This document shows positions 1 through 14,215 of a stretch of 64,000 nucleotides of DNA, one piece after another. The notes beneath the pieces were generated by a model. It made no database searches and was not told the DNA's origin. It saw nothing but the letters and a program-made list of their open reading frames with translations. The translations under genes and the position numbers were made by a program. The DNA is taken from contig OZ024741.1 of the NCBI GenBank assembly GCA_964016885.1, positions 78,554,001-78,618,000 on the forward strand, in the 5' to 3' direction. The DNA comes from Eledone cirrhosa (Eukaryota). Within the stretch, counting starts at the first letter, position 1. Every line of letters starts with the position of its first letter.

Positions 1-1915
1 ATCAGATTCCTGTCAAGAAAGAAAATATTCCGAAAACGGCCATTACGACTCCATTTGGATCATTCGAATTTCTTACCATGCCTTTCGGACTTAGGAATGC
101 TGCTAGCACCTTCCAACGGTTCATGGATGAGGTCACTCGTGGTTTAGACTTCGTCTACACTTATATTGATGATCTGCTTATTGCTAGTTCCTCCAGAGAA
201 GAACACATACGTCATTTGAATCATTTGTTTTGTCGACTGAAGGATTACAGTGTTCAAATAAATCTCACAAAATGTGTTTTCGGTGCGAAATCACTGAATT
301 TTTTAGGTCATGTCATTGACTCCGAGGGGTTCGCCCCTCCTTCAACGAGTTCAGGCTATAGAGGATTTGCCTCCGCCGACCTCACTTCGTCAGTTGCGAC
401 AATTCCTAGGACTGATAAATTTCTATAGACGTTTTGTTCCACATTGTGTAATCTACTCTTCTCTCTTACTGAGATTCTGAAAAATTGCCGCAAGAAGAAC
501 AAGGAAATCTTTTTGACTCAGTCTCAGCTCGAGGATTTTCAAAAAGCCAAATCAGCATGGCTAGTGCATCTTTGCTGGACCACCCAGTGTCCAATGCCAA
601 GCTTTCGCTCTGTGTTGATGCGTCGGATACTGCAGTGGGTGCAGTCTTACAACAGAGTAGTGACGATCACCAACAACCATTGGAATTTTTCTCCAGGAAG
701 TTGAAACCTGCAGAAACTCCCTACAACACATTTGGTTGGGAGCTGTTAGCCATCTACCTTTCCGTGAAACATTTTTCACATATGCTCGAAGGAAGGTGTT
801 TTACAATCTGACCATAAACCTTTGACCTTCGTTTTAAGAGCAAAGTCTGACAAGTACTCGCCCAGAGAAACAAGGCATCTCGACTTTATCACACAATTCA
901 CAAACGACATCCAACACATTCCAGGCTCATTGAACACAGCGGCTGACACCCTGTCTCGATTGCGTCATCCCACGACATCGATTTAAATCACTTGGCAGCA
1001 GACCAACCTGCACTGGAATCGTTGGATATTTCATCAGCCGAATTTGCGACGAGTAATTTGAAATACCTGCCATTGCCCACCGCAGACGGACAAATTTTCT
1101 GCGACGTTTCCTTGGATTCACCGAGACCATTCGTCCCGCTAAACCATCGTCGTACTGTGTTTCTTGCTTTGCACGGCATTTCCCACCCAGGATCTTCAGC
1201 CACAGTTAAAGCTCATAACAGCCAGATTCTTCTGGCCAAATATGAGGCGCGATATTACTGCTTGGTGCCGTTCCTGCATCGCTTGCCAGAAATCGAAAAT
1301 CCATAAACACATTAAGGCTCCGCTCGGTACTTTCAGTACACCGGACGCCCGTTTCCGGCACATTCATGTGGACATCGTGGGACCTTGGCCAGTCAGTGGT
1401 GGTCATACTTCTCTATTGATTGTTATTGATCGTTTTTCGCGATGGCCTGAAGCCATCCCTTGAAAGACATCACTGCTGAAACGACAGCACGTGCCCTAGT
1501 ATCAGGGTGGATTACCCGCTTTGGAGAGCCAACCACGATTGCAACGGACCCTGGAAGACAGTTTGAATCGAATCTCTTCTACGAATTAACGCATCCGAAC
1601 AACTTCGTATCATTCTGCATCTAACGGAATGGTGGAGCGTTTCCACCGACAACTAAAAGCCGATCTACGGACTTCTGACTCTACGCGTTGGAGCGAGTAC
1701 CTCCCTATTATGTTGTTGGGGATTCGGTCATCAATAAAGGTGGACCTTGGGTTTTCCCCGGCCGAATTATTGTATGGTGCTCCTCTAGCGTTACCTGGGC
1801 AAATGCTTGCCCCTGTCGATCTTGCTGCACAAGATCCGCTTTCCTACGTATCCCGTCTGCGTTCTTATTTTCAGGACCTGCCGCCGATGGATACGAGGAA
1901 ACAAACTGTGTCAAA
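1..1915 (+). mobile_element. pol: Ty3/Gypsy LTR retrotransposon pol (RT-RNase H-integrase), frameshifted and 5'-truncated by the window edge
   Basis: ORF fragments in Gypsy order. RT: MPFGLRNAASTFQRFMD...YIDDLLI. RNase H: VDASDTAVGAVLQQ...FFSRKL...ELLAIY. Integrase: HGISHPG/CIACQ zinc motif, [29 protein letters not shown]. Multiple frameshifts. Confidence 0.95.
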
Positions 1916-2125
1916 CTGTGTACATTTAAGCTGCCCTTGTTGCAGCCCTTTCCTTTTGTCTTTCTTACGATTTGTTGCATTATATTGATTGTTTTGCCTG
2001 TTTCTGTTACATTTTTGCGTGCCTTGCTTTTTGTTTGCTGCTTGTGCAAACATTTCTTTTGTTTATTACCTATCTTTGCCTTGCTTCTCACTACATATGT
2101 TTACTTCTTCATCGATTGGTCATCT

Positions 2126-2456
2126 GGAGGAGGGCTATATGTAGCGAAGCGACACCTGTCGTGTGCTTGGAGACAGCTATGCAGAGTTACCTGCACATAG
2201 CTCTGACGTCACCAAAAATAATTCTCACTCCGCCGGCGACTTGCAAAGAGACAACACGCGTAATGGTGGAGCTGACTCCTGCTTTCTCTCTCCCTTCTTT
2301 ATACGCTCCTGTCTTGGAGTCGAGACCAACTCACCAACTCACGACACGTGATAACATTTCTATTGTGTTATTATTGACTCATGTGATATAAAACTTTGTA
2401 CAAACACGCACCAGCCATTCTTATTCTTTTTAATATTATTGCAAGTAATATATACA
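2126..2456 (+). mobile_element. Polypurine tract and probable 3' LTR of the Gypsy element
   Basis: GGAGGAGGG (2126-2134) followed by TGTAGCG at 2140. The right end is uncertain; a TACA lies at 2453-2456. Confidence 0.6.
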
Positions 2457-2710
2457 CCAATACCAGTCATCTAAAAAGATAATGAAATGCCAGGAAATCT
2501 CTGTCACTCAAGGATCTTTACATAAAATGTTGTAATCAACGAATTATCAAATTAAACCAAAGATGTGGGTTCGACTTCCATGTACATCAATACTCATCTT
2601 TTTTCCATTTAGAGAGTTTTAAAAATCCTCACTATCAGAATAACTTTGTTAGTCAAAATACGTCATAAGCTTATATATCTACATTCTTTTACTATTTTAT
2701 ATGAGTAAAT

Positions 2711-3050
2711 GGAGGCACATGGCTTAGTGGTTAGAGCATTGGCCTTACAATCGAAAGGTTGTGAGTTCAATTTTCAGACCAGGTGATGTGTTGTTTCCTT
2801 GAGCAAGACACTTTATTTCACATTGCTCCAGTTTACTCAGCTGTAGAAATGAGATGATAGGGACTGGGGTCCCTATCATTCCACTGCAAAGGTGGAGGTG
2901 CCACGGCAAAAAAGCACCCAGCACTCACTGTAAATGAGGTTGGTGTTAGGAAGGGCATCACGCTGTAGAAATCAAACCAGAATCAGTTACTGTTCCACCC
3001 TTGCAAGCAGGAAAAAGCGGACGTAAAATGAAATAATGATGATGATGATG
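2711..3050 (+). mobile_element. tRNA-derived SINE
   Basis: A-box-like TGGCTTAGTGG, B-box-like GAGTTCAATT, CCTTGAGCAAGACACTTT body and (ATG)n tail. Confidence 0.75.
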
Positions 3051-3189
3051 AAATGTTGTCATAAGTTCACTTCACAACTATGTGGGTTTGCATTCAATAC
3101 CACAACCTATCACATTGAGCACGTAACTGTAATCTTGAGTTGACTAAAACCATGTGAGTTTAATTTGGTAGACAGGAATTATGTGGAAG

Positions 3190-3385
3190 TCTGTCATGTG
3201 TGGGTGTATATGGGTATGTGCCTGTATGTGTGTATAGATATGTGCATGTGTGTGTGTGTGTATATGTGTGCATATGTATCAGTGTGTATGTGTGTGCGTA
3301 TGAAAGTGTGTGTGTGTGTGGGAGGGTGTACATGCATGCATGTATGAGTGTGTATTGGGGATGCGTGCGTGTGTGTGTGCGTGCA
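3190..3385. repeat. Degenerate (TG)n/(TATG)n microsatellite
   Basis: Direct inspection. Confidence 0.9.
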
Positions 3386-3423
3386 TATTATTAACTGGTA
3401 CATATTATTAACTGCATTCTACA

Positions 3424-3610
3424 CTTTGGTGGATTGACAGTACCGCTAGAGTGTCGGACAACATGCTTGGCAGCATAGAGTTTCGGACCTTTACGTTCTG
3501 AGTTCAAATCCTGCCTAGGTTAGCTTTGCTTTTCATCCTTACGGGGTCGATAAAATAAAGCATCAGTAATGCACTGCGGTCAATTTAATCGACTTTCCCC
3601 ACCTCTTCAA
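3424..3610 (+). mobile_element. tRNA-derived SINE with Nin/Deu-like core, copy 1
   Basis: GAGTTCAAATCC B-box and GCTTTTCATCCTTACGGGGTCGATAAAATAAAG core. Further copies of this family occur in the window. Confidence 0.8.
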
Positions 3611-6600
3611 ACAACAACACCACCACCACTACAGCCACCAAAACCAACACCACCACCACTACCAACAACAACACCACCACCAGCACCACCACCACAGACA
3701 CCACAACCACCTCCACCACCACCACCACAGCCAACACAACCACCACCAGCACCAGCACAGTCACCACAATCACCACCACCACCACTACCAACAACAACAC
3801 CACCACTACCTCCCCACCACCACCAACAACAACACCACCAACAACAACAGCAACAACAACACCACCAACACCAACACCAACAACACCAACAACAACACCA
3901 ACAATAACAACAACAACACCAACAACAACATCACCAACAACAACACCACCACCAACAACACCACCAACAACAACACCAACAACAAAACCAACAACACCAA
4001 CAACAACAACACAACCAACACCACCACCAACAACAACACCAACAACAACAGCAACACCACCACGAACAACAACAACACCAACAACAACACCAACACCAAC
4101 ACCAACACCAACACCAACAACACCAACAACAACACCAACAATAACAACAACAACACCAACAACAACATCACCAACAACAACACCACCAACAACAACACCA
4201 CCAACAACAACACCAACAACAACACCAACAACAACACCAACACCAACACCAACAACACCAACAACAACAACACCAACAACAACACCAACAACAACAACAC
4301 CAACAACAACAGCAACACCAATAACAACACCTACAACAACAACAACACCAACACCAACAACAACACCAACAACAACAACACCACCAACAACACCACCACC
4401 AACAACACCACCAACAACACCAACAACAACACCAACAACAACACCACCAACAACAACACCAACAACAACAAAACCAATAACAACACCAACAAAAATAACA
4501 CCAACAACAACAACACCAAAAATAACACCAACAACAACAACAATACCACCAACAACAACACAACCAACAACAACACCAACATCAACAACACCAACAACAA
4601 CACCAACAACAGCACCAACAACACCACCAACAACAACACAAACAACAATAACACCAACAACAACAACACCAACAACAACAACAACACCAACAACACCACC
4701 ACCAACAACAACACAACAACAACACCACCAACAACAACACCACCAACAACAACACCACCACCAACAACAACAACAACAACAGTAACACCACCACCACCAA
4801 CAACAACAACTACACCAACAACAACACCAACAACAACAACACCAACAACATCAACAACAACAACACCAACAACACCACCACCAACAACAACACCAACAAC
4901 AACACCAACAACAACAACACCAACAACAACAAAACCACCAACAACAACAACACCAACAACAACACCAACAACAACAAAACCACCACGAACAACAACAACA
5001 ACAACAACACCAACAACAACAACAACACCAACACCAACACCAACAATACCAACAACAACAACAACACCAATAACAACAACACCAACAACAACACCACCAC
5101 CAACAACAACACCAACAACAACACCAACAACAACACCAACACCAACAACACCAACAACAACAACACCAACAACAACACCAACAACACCAGCAACACCAAT
5201 AACAACAGCAACAACAACAGCACCACCAACAGCACCACCAACAACAACACCAACAACACCACCAACAACAACACCAACAACAACAAAACCACCACGAACA
5301 ACAACACCAACAACAATAACACCAACAGCAACGGCAACACCAACACCAACACCAACAACACCAACAACAACAACACCAACAATAACAACAACAACACCAA
5401 TAAAAACAACACCACCAACAACACCACCACCAACAGCACCAACAACAACAACACCAACAACAACACCAACAACAACAACAACACCAACAACAACACCAAC
5501 AACAACAGCAACACCAATAACAACAGCAACAACAACACCAACACCAACAGCACCACCAACAACAACACCAACACCACCACCAACAACAACACCAACAACA
5601 CCACCAACAACAACACCAACAACAACAACAACACCACCACGAACAACAACAACACCAACAACAATAACACCAACAGCAACGGCAACACCAACACCAACAC
5701 CAACAACACCAACAACAGCACCAACAATAACAACAACAACACCAATAAAAACAACACCAACAACAACAACAACACCACCAACAACAACACCAACAACAAC
5801 ACCAACAACAACACCAACACCAACAGCACCAACAACAACAACACCAACAACAACACCAACAACAACAACAACACCAACAACAACGGCAACACCAATAAAA
5901 ACAACAACAACAACACCAACACCAACACCAACACCAACAACAACACCAACAACAACAGCAACACCAATAACAACACCAACAACAACAACAACACCAACAA
6001 CACCAACAACAGCAACACCAATAACAACACCAACAACAACACCAACAACAACAACACCACCAACAACACCACCACCAACAACACCACCAACAACACCAGC
6101 ACCAACAACAACACCAACAACAACACCAACAACAACACCACCAACAACAACACCAACAACAACAAAACCAATAACAACACCAACACCAACAACAACAACA
6201 ACAACAACAACACCAACAGTAACACCACCACCACCAACAACAACAACAACAACAACAACAACACCAACAACAACACCGAGAACAACAACAACAACAACAA
6301 CAACAACAATACCAACAACAACACCAACAACACCAACAACACCAACAACAAAAATACCAACAACACCACCACCAACAACAACACCAACAACAACACCAAC
6401 ACCAAGAACACCAACAACAACACCAACAACAACAACAACAAACAACAACAACACCAACAACAACAGCAACACCAATAACAACACCAACAACAGCACCAAC
6501 AACAACACCAACACCAACAACACCAACAACAACAACACCAACAACAACACCAACAACAACAGCAACACCAATAACAACAGCAACAACAACACCAACACCA

Positions 6601-8834
6601 ACAGCACCACCAACAACAACACCAACACCACCACCAACAACAACACCAACAACAACAACAACAACACCACGAACAACAACAACACCAACACCAATAACAC
6701 CAACAGCAACAGCAACAGCAACACCAACACCAACAACACCAACAACAACAACACCAACAATAACAACAACAACACCAATAAAAACAACACCAACAACAAC
6801 AACACCACCAATAACAACACCAACAACAACACCAACAACAACACCAACACCAACAACACCAACAACAACAACACCAACAACAACACCAACAACAACAACA
6901 ACAACACCAACAACAACACCAACACCAATAACAACACCAACAACAACAACAACACCAACAACAACACCAACAACATCAACAACAACAACACCAATAACAA
7001 CACCAACAACAACACCAACACCACCAACAACACCACCACCAACACCACCACCAACAACACCACCACCAACAACAACACCAACAACAACACCAACAACAAC
7101 ACCACCAACAACAACACCAACAACAACAAAACCAATAACAACACCAACAACAACAACAACACCACCAACAACAACAACACCAACAACAACACCAACAACA
7201 ACAAAACCACCAACAACAACACCACCAACAACAACACCAACAACAACAAAACCACCAACAACAACACCACCAACAACAACACCACCAACAACAACACCAA
7301 CAACAACAACACCGAGAACAACAACAACAACAACAACACCAACAACAACACCAACAACACCAACAACACCAACAATAACAATACCAACAACAACACCAAC
7401 AACACCAACAACACCAACAACAACAATACCAACAACACCACCACCAACAACAACACCAACAACAACACCAACACCAAGAACACCAACAACAACAACACCA
7501 ACAACAACACCAACAACAACAACACCAACAACAACAGCAACACCAATAACAACACCAACAACAGCACCAACAACAACACCAACAACACCAACAACAACAA
7601 CACCAATAACAACACCAACAACAACACCAACACCAACAAAACCACCACCACCAACAACAACAACACCACCAACAACACCACCACCAACAACACCACCAAC
7701 AACACCACCACCGACAACAACACCAACAACAACACCAACAACAACACCACCAACAACAACACCAACAACAACAAAACCAATAACAACACCAACAACAACA
7801 ACACCAACAACAACAACACCACCAACAACAACACCAAAAAATAACACCACCAACAACAATACCAAGGACAACAACAACAACAACAACACCAACAACAACA
7901 CCAACAACAACACCAACAACAACAACACCACCACCAACAACAACAACAACAACACCATCAACAACACCACCAACAACAACACCAACAAAAACACCAACAA
8001 CAACACCAACACCAACACCAACAACAAAAACAACAACAACAACAACAACACCAACAACAACACCAACAACAACAATAGCAACAACACCACCACCACCAAC
8101 AACAACACCAACAACAACACCACCAACAACAACACCAACAACAACACCAACAACAACAACATGACCAACAACACCACCAACAACAACACCACCAACAACA
8201 ACACCACCAACAACAACACCAACAACAATACCACCAACAACAACACCAACAACAACACCACCAACAACAACACCAAAAATAACAACACCAACAACAACAC
8301 CAACAACAACACCAACAACAACAACACCAAGAACAACACCACGAAGAACAACACCAACAACACCAGCAACAACAACACCAACAACAACACCAACAACAAC
8401 AACACCAATAACGACACCACCACCAACAACAACACCACCAACAACAACACCAACAACAACACCAACAACACCAACAACAACACCAACAACAACACCAACA
8501 ACAACGAAACCACCACCACCAACAACAACAACAACACCACCAACACCACCACCAACAACAACACCACCACCAACAACAACAACACCACCACCACCAACAA
8601 CAACAACAAAACCAATAACAACACCAACAACAACAACACCAACAACAACACCACCAACAACAGCACCAACAGCAACACAAACAACAACACCAACAACAAC
8701 AACACCACCAACAACAACACCACCAACAACATCACCAACATCAACAACACCAACAACAACACCAACAACAACACCACCAACAACAACACAAACAACAACA
8801 ACACCAACAACAACAAGAACACCACGAACAACAA
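3608..8834. repeat. About 5.2-kb imperfect (CCA/CAA/AAC)n trinucleotide array
   Basis: Almost exclusively A and C on the + strand. It generates the spurious L/V/C/W-rich minus-strand ORFs. Confidence 0.95.
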
Positions 8835-9020
8835 CTTTGGTGGATTGGCAGTATCGCTAGAGTGTCGGACAACATGCTTTGCAGCATAGAGTTTCGGACC
8901 TTTACGTTCTTAGTTCAAATCCTGCCTAGGTTAGCTTTGCTTTTCATCCTTACGGAGTCGATAAATAAAGCATCAGTAATGCACTGCCGTCAATTTAATC
9001 GACTTTCCCCACCCCTTCAA
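8835..9020 (+). mobile_element. tRNA-derived SINE with Nin/Deu-like core, copy 2 (duplicate of 3424-3610)
   Basis: Near-identical to 3424-3610, including the CTTTGG 5' flank and the junction into the (CCA)n tract. Confidence 0.85.
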
Positions 9021-10459
9021 ACAACAACAACAACACCACCACCACTACAACCACCAAAACCAACACCACCACCACTACCAACAACAACAACACCACCAAC
9101 ATCACCACCACCACCACAGACACCACAACCACAACCACCACCACCACCACCACCACCCCCACCACCACCACCACCACCACCACCACCAACACAGCCACCA
9201 CAACCACCACCAGCACCAGCACAACCACCACAATCATCACCACCACCACCACCACTACCAACAACAACACCACCACTACCCCCCCCCCCCCCCCCCCCAC
9301 CACACCAACAACACCACCAACAACAACAACACCAACAACAACACCACCAACAACACCACCAACAACAACAACACCAACAACACCACCACCAAGAACAACA
9401 CCACCAACAACAACACCAACAACAACAACACCACTAACAACAGCACCACCAACAACAAAACCAACAACAAAACCAACAACACCAACAACAACACCACCAA
9501 CAACAACACCAACAACAAAAACACCAACAACAACACCAACAACAAAAACAACAACAACACCAACAACAACAACACCAACAACAACAACACCAACAACACC
9601 AACAACAAAAACACCACCAACAACAACTCCAACACCACCAACAACAACACCAACAACAACACCAACAACAACACCAACAACAACAATAACAACAACAACA
9701 ACACCAACAACAACACCAACAACAACAACACCAACAACAACACCAATAACAACAACACCAACAACAACAACAGCACCAACAACAACACCAATAACAACAC
9801 CAACAACAACACCAACAACAACACCAACAACAACAACACCACCACCAACAACAACAACAACACCACCAACAACAACAACACCAACAACACCACCAACAAC
9901 TCCACCACCAACAACAACACCAACAATACCACCAACAACAACACCAACAACAACAAAACCAATAACAACACCAACACCAACACCAACAACAACACCAACA
10001 ATACCACCAACAACAACACCAACAACAACAAAACCAATAACAACACCAACAACAACACCAACAACAACAACACCAAAAATAACACCAACAACAACACCAC
10101 CAACAACACCACCAACAACAACACAAACAACAACACCAACAACAACAACACCACCAACAACAACACCAACATCAACAACTCCAACAACAACACCAACAAT
10201 ACCACCAACAACACCACCAACAACAACACAAACAACAACAGCACCAACAACAATAACACCAACAACAACACCACCAACAACAACACCACTAACAACAACA
10301 CCAACAACAACACCAACAACAACACCAACAATAACAACAACAACACAACAACAACAACAACACAACAATAACACCACCAACAACAACACCACCAACAACA
10401 ACACCAACAACAACAATATCAACAACAACAACACCAAAAACAACAACACCAACAACAAA
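9018..10459. repeat. About 1.4-kb imperfect (CCA/CAA)n array
   Basis: Same composition and the same opening variant motifs as 3608-8834. Confidence 0.95.
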
Positions 10460-10985
10460 ATTTGAATTTTAGAAATTAAACATAATTATATTATAATATT
10501 AATACAAATACCTATTAACTTTTAAAACCTAAAATATGATTCTCTACCCTGAAATAACATAAATTAAATATTTTGAAAATTAACCGCCAACTATATTATT
10601 CTGGACACGTGTTGATTATATAGAAATCTGTGTGTATATAAACTTGAACATAAATTACTCCCCTTTGTCTCTCTCTCTCTTTAATCATCTTTCATCTGTC
10701 TTTTCAAACCACCTACTAAATATATTATCACATCAGCTGTTTCTTCCTCTATGCTTTCCTTTCCCTCCTCTTTCTCCAGTAGTTTTTAAAAATTAAAAAT
10801 GTTATAACTGTTATATTGATGCCATGTATTTCTTAAAATCTATTACACGCACCCTCTCTATTGTTTGTATTATGCTATCTCATGTTCTCAATATTAGGGT
10901 ATAAATATTGAGTTTTGTCATAAGTTAATCACTACCTTGATTGAATCTTAACCATCTACTATGTCAGGGTATGTCATGTATCATT

Positions 10986-11052
10986 TTATTTTATCTGATG
11001 AGGACGTACTGTTGAACTTAACTCAGTACCTCTGAAATATGTATAATAAAAT
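10986..11052 (+). ncRNA. Decayed type I hammerhead ribozyme motif
   Basis: CTGATGA (10995-11001), stem II GTACTG/CAGTAC, GAAA (11034-11037) followed by TATGTA, and an AT-rich imperfect stem I. Confidence 0.45.
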
Positions 11053-11191
11053 ATAATTGATCACAAGAATATCTATTTTGTTAATATTTTGAATTAATAT
11101 TAATAACTCTGGAAAACATTTTTCTGTTGAGTACTTCCAATCTATTGTAAAACTCATTATTTGATGTATTCATTGAACCTTGTTTAACTCT

Positions 11192-11250
<59 letters not shown>

Positions 11251-11389
11251 CCCACTCTCAAGAGCGTGAAACTAATAAACCTTTGTTTGTACTGCCTCTC
11301 TGTTTTGTTCCCGTTCCATTTTTCACTATATATATATATATATATATATAAGTATTGAAGTTTCCGTTGAAAATTGAAAAAGTCATAAC

Positions 11390-12085
11390 TTAGATAGATT
11401 CAGGAAAGACTTAATAAAAACCTTCGCTAGTTTTAATCTTAAAATTACCATTGACATTAACCTTTCTAATGTTAATTTTCTATATATAAACCTAGATCTG
11501 CCTACTGCTTCTTATAAACCGTACCATAAACGTAATGAAAATTTAAAATATATAAATAAAGGCTCTTGCCATCCTCCTATAGTTTTTAAAAATCTCATCC
11601 CTAATATTAGCGTAGGATCTCCACCCTCTCTTCCTCAGAAGCTATTTTCAATAAGGCATCCCCTACTATAATAAAGCCCTTCAAAATAGCGGATTTAGCG
11701 AACCGATTAAGTACATACCCAACAATACTAACTCCTTTAAACATAATAATAGGAAAAGAAAAATAATCTGGTTCACACACCCCTACTCTTTAGCAGTTAA
11801 AACTAATGTAGGTAAAACATTCCTAGAGCTCTTAGATAAACATTTCCCTAGAACACATAGATACTGTAAGATCTTCAATAGAAACTGTGTCCAAATCAGC
11901 TACTCCTGCGGTCCCCCTATTAAATCTTATATCCTCAATAAGAAAATACCCAGAGAACATCAAAATTGCTTCTGTAGAGTCAAAAGTGAGTGCCCATTAC
12001 AAGTTAAATGCAACACCAAAGCCATTGTATATGCGGCTAAAGTGACAACCACCAGCAACAACCTACCAGCCACCAGCGAACGATA
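11390..12085 (+). mobile_element. Penelope-like element fragment (RT thumb plus Cys-rich linker), degraded
   Basis: Manual translation gives YINKGSCHPP, WFTHPYSLAVKTNVGKTFLELLDKHFP, KIFNRN..ISYSC and CRVKSECPL..C...IVY. These match the PLE fragments at 36.5 kb and 47.5-47.9 kb. Confidence 0.85.
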
Positions 12086-12089
12086 TCAC

Positions 12090-12775
12090 GATGGTGATGA
12101 TGTTGGTGGTGATGATGTTGGAGATGATGATGTTGGTGGTGATGATGTTGGTGATGGTGTTGGTGGTGATGATGTTGGTGGTGATGTTGGTGGTGATGAT
12201 GTTGGTGGTGGTGATGATGTTGGTGGTGGTGGTGGTGATGTTGGTGGTAATGATGTTGTTGGTGGTGATGATGTTAGTGGTGCTGGAGTGTATTGGGCAT
12301 GTGTATGTGGTATGTAGTAGTGGTGGTGGGGTTTGTGATGGAGTGTATGGGGTATGTGGTAGTGGTGGTGGTGGGGGGTGATGGAATGTATGGGGTATGT
12401 GGTAGTGGTGGTGGTAGTAGTGGTAGTGGTGGTGGTGAAGTGGTGATGGGGTGTATGGGGTATGTGGTAGTGGTGGTGGTGGTAATGGTAGTGGTGGTGG
12501 TGGTGGTGGTGGTGGTGGTAGTGATGGTGGTGTAGTGGTGGTGGTGGTGATGGGGTGTATGGAGAATGTGTATGGGTATTTTGGTAGTGGTGGTGGTGGT
12601 AGTGGTGGTGGTGGTAGTGGTAGTGGTGGTAGTGGTGGTGGTGGTGGTAGTGGTGGTAGTGGTGGTGGTGTAGTGGTGGTGGTGGTGATGGGGTGTAGTG
12701 GTGGTGGTGCGGGTGGTGGTGATGATGGGGTGTATGGAGTATGTGGTAGTAGTAGGGTTGTAGTGGTGGTGGCGG
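12090..12775. repeat. (GGT/GAT/GTA)n low-complexity array
   Basis: Direct inspection. It truncates the PLE fragment. Confidence 0.9.
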
Positions 12776-12789
12776 AATGTAAAACATTA

Positions 12790-13060
12790 AATCGACAAGG
12801 GCCGTAACTCTATGCTGCAAAGCATGGTGTCCGACTCTCTACCGATACTGCCAATCCACCGCCCTGATAATAATACAAATAATTGTTTCTACTTTAGGCA
12901 CAAGGCCAGCAATTACCCAGTGTATTACTGGTACTTTATTTTATCGATCCCGTAAGGATGAAAGGCAAAGTCAACCTCGGCGGGATTTGAACTCAGATCG
13001 TCAAGGGACGTAACTATGCTGGAAAGCATGGTGTCCGACCCTCTACCGATACTGCCAATC
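12790..13060 (-). mobile_element. Two partial copies of the Nin-like SINE (minus strand)
   Basis: Reverse complement of the 3424-3610 family: CTTTATTTTATCGATCCCGTAAGGATGAAAGGC and GATACTGCCAATCC. Confidence 0.75.
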
Positions 13061-13186
13061 CATACAAATAATAAAAACAAAATCGGGAAGTAATAGCAAT
13101 AAGGGAATAGAAAAAATAGGATGTCTATATATACAACGTATTATGTTATTGGATCAATGTTATTGGACAAATATTATTGGATCAAA

Positions 13187-13360
13187 AAGGCGGTGGATTG
13201 GCAGTATTGGTAGAGGGTCCGACGCCATGCTTTGCAGCATAGAGTCACGGCCATTTACGGTCTGAGGTCAAATCCCACCGAGGTTTATTTTGCCTTTCAT
13301 CTTTACGGGGTCGATAAAATAAAGCACCAGTAATGCTGGACTTGTATCAAAAGTAGAAAC
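13187..13360 (+). mobile_element. Nin-like SINE copy
   Basis: GGTGGATTGGCAGTA...GCCTTTCATCTTTACGGGGTCGATAAAATAAAG. Confidence 0.75.
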
Positions 13361-14215
13361 AATTATATTATTGTTGCTGAAGACTAAGTCTTTGGAATAT
13401 TTTGTCATATTTCCTGCCTATAATATCTGTACTACAGGCAGGTTTTTTATCTGTTAAAAAAAAAGAAAATTATAGGCTTTGGAAGGTAACGACGCGTGCC
13501 CGCCCCCGTACGTATACATACACACGCTCGCATGCACACATTTAAAAAAATACTCGCTCCAAAACTAAATTTCCGGGGCAGGGGGAAGATGAACATCGCG
13601 ATTCCCATATCTCTCTTCTTCATCCTCATATAACTCTGAAAAAAGCTGAAATAATCCTAGTTATTAACGCACTACGTTGTCATAAAAAGCACATACATTT
13701 TTATTAAATTTTATTAAAATATCCCTTATCAGGCCCAGAATTATTTCATCGAACCGTGGGGTTCATTGGGGATGATTTTAGTAAACACTGGTTTACAATA
13801 TTCCTATAAAGCTTCCTAGATATCAATGGATTGATGCAAGGGGGATAATTCAAAATGTTTCTTCACAAAATAAAAGAAAGTGTATGAGGAGTAAGATAAG
13901 CGGTAGCAAGGGAGATAACTCGTGGGGATTGTCGATTGATATTGCAAGTGAGTGAGAGCGAAAGAGAGTGCGAAATAGATAGATAGATAGATAGATATAT
14001 TTCTTTATTTACCATAAAGGCATAAAAAGAAGGGACAAATACAAAGGGGGAGTTTACATACAATCGAGTAAAAAGGGTATAAAATGAAAATAATCGAAAA
14101 CAACCTCAAAAGGGAGGGGACGTGATGGGGGTTGCACCCCCCCCCCGAATAAGTGTGCAATCCTTTGCCCGGGGAGCACATGGAGAAGGTGCTCCCCTCT
14201 CCTTCACTTCTTTAC

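Noticed and set aside
2711-2785. tRNA gene
   Set aside because: A/B boxes are present but there is no intact cloverleaf, and the sequence continues into a SINE body and tail.
3806-10458. Very long minus-strand ORFs (up to 1327 aa) rich in L/V/G/C/W, and plus-strand N/T or P/Q ORFs
   Set aside because: By-products of a stop-poor trinucleotide array. They are open in several frames at once and have no domain or splice evidence.
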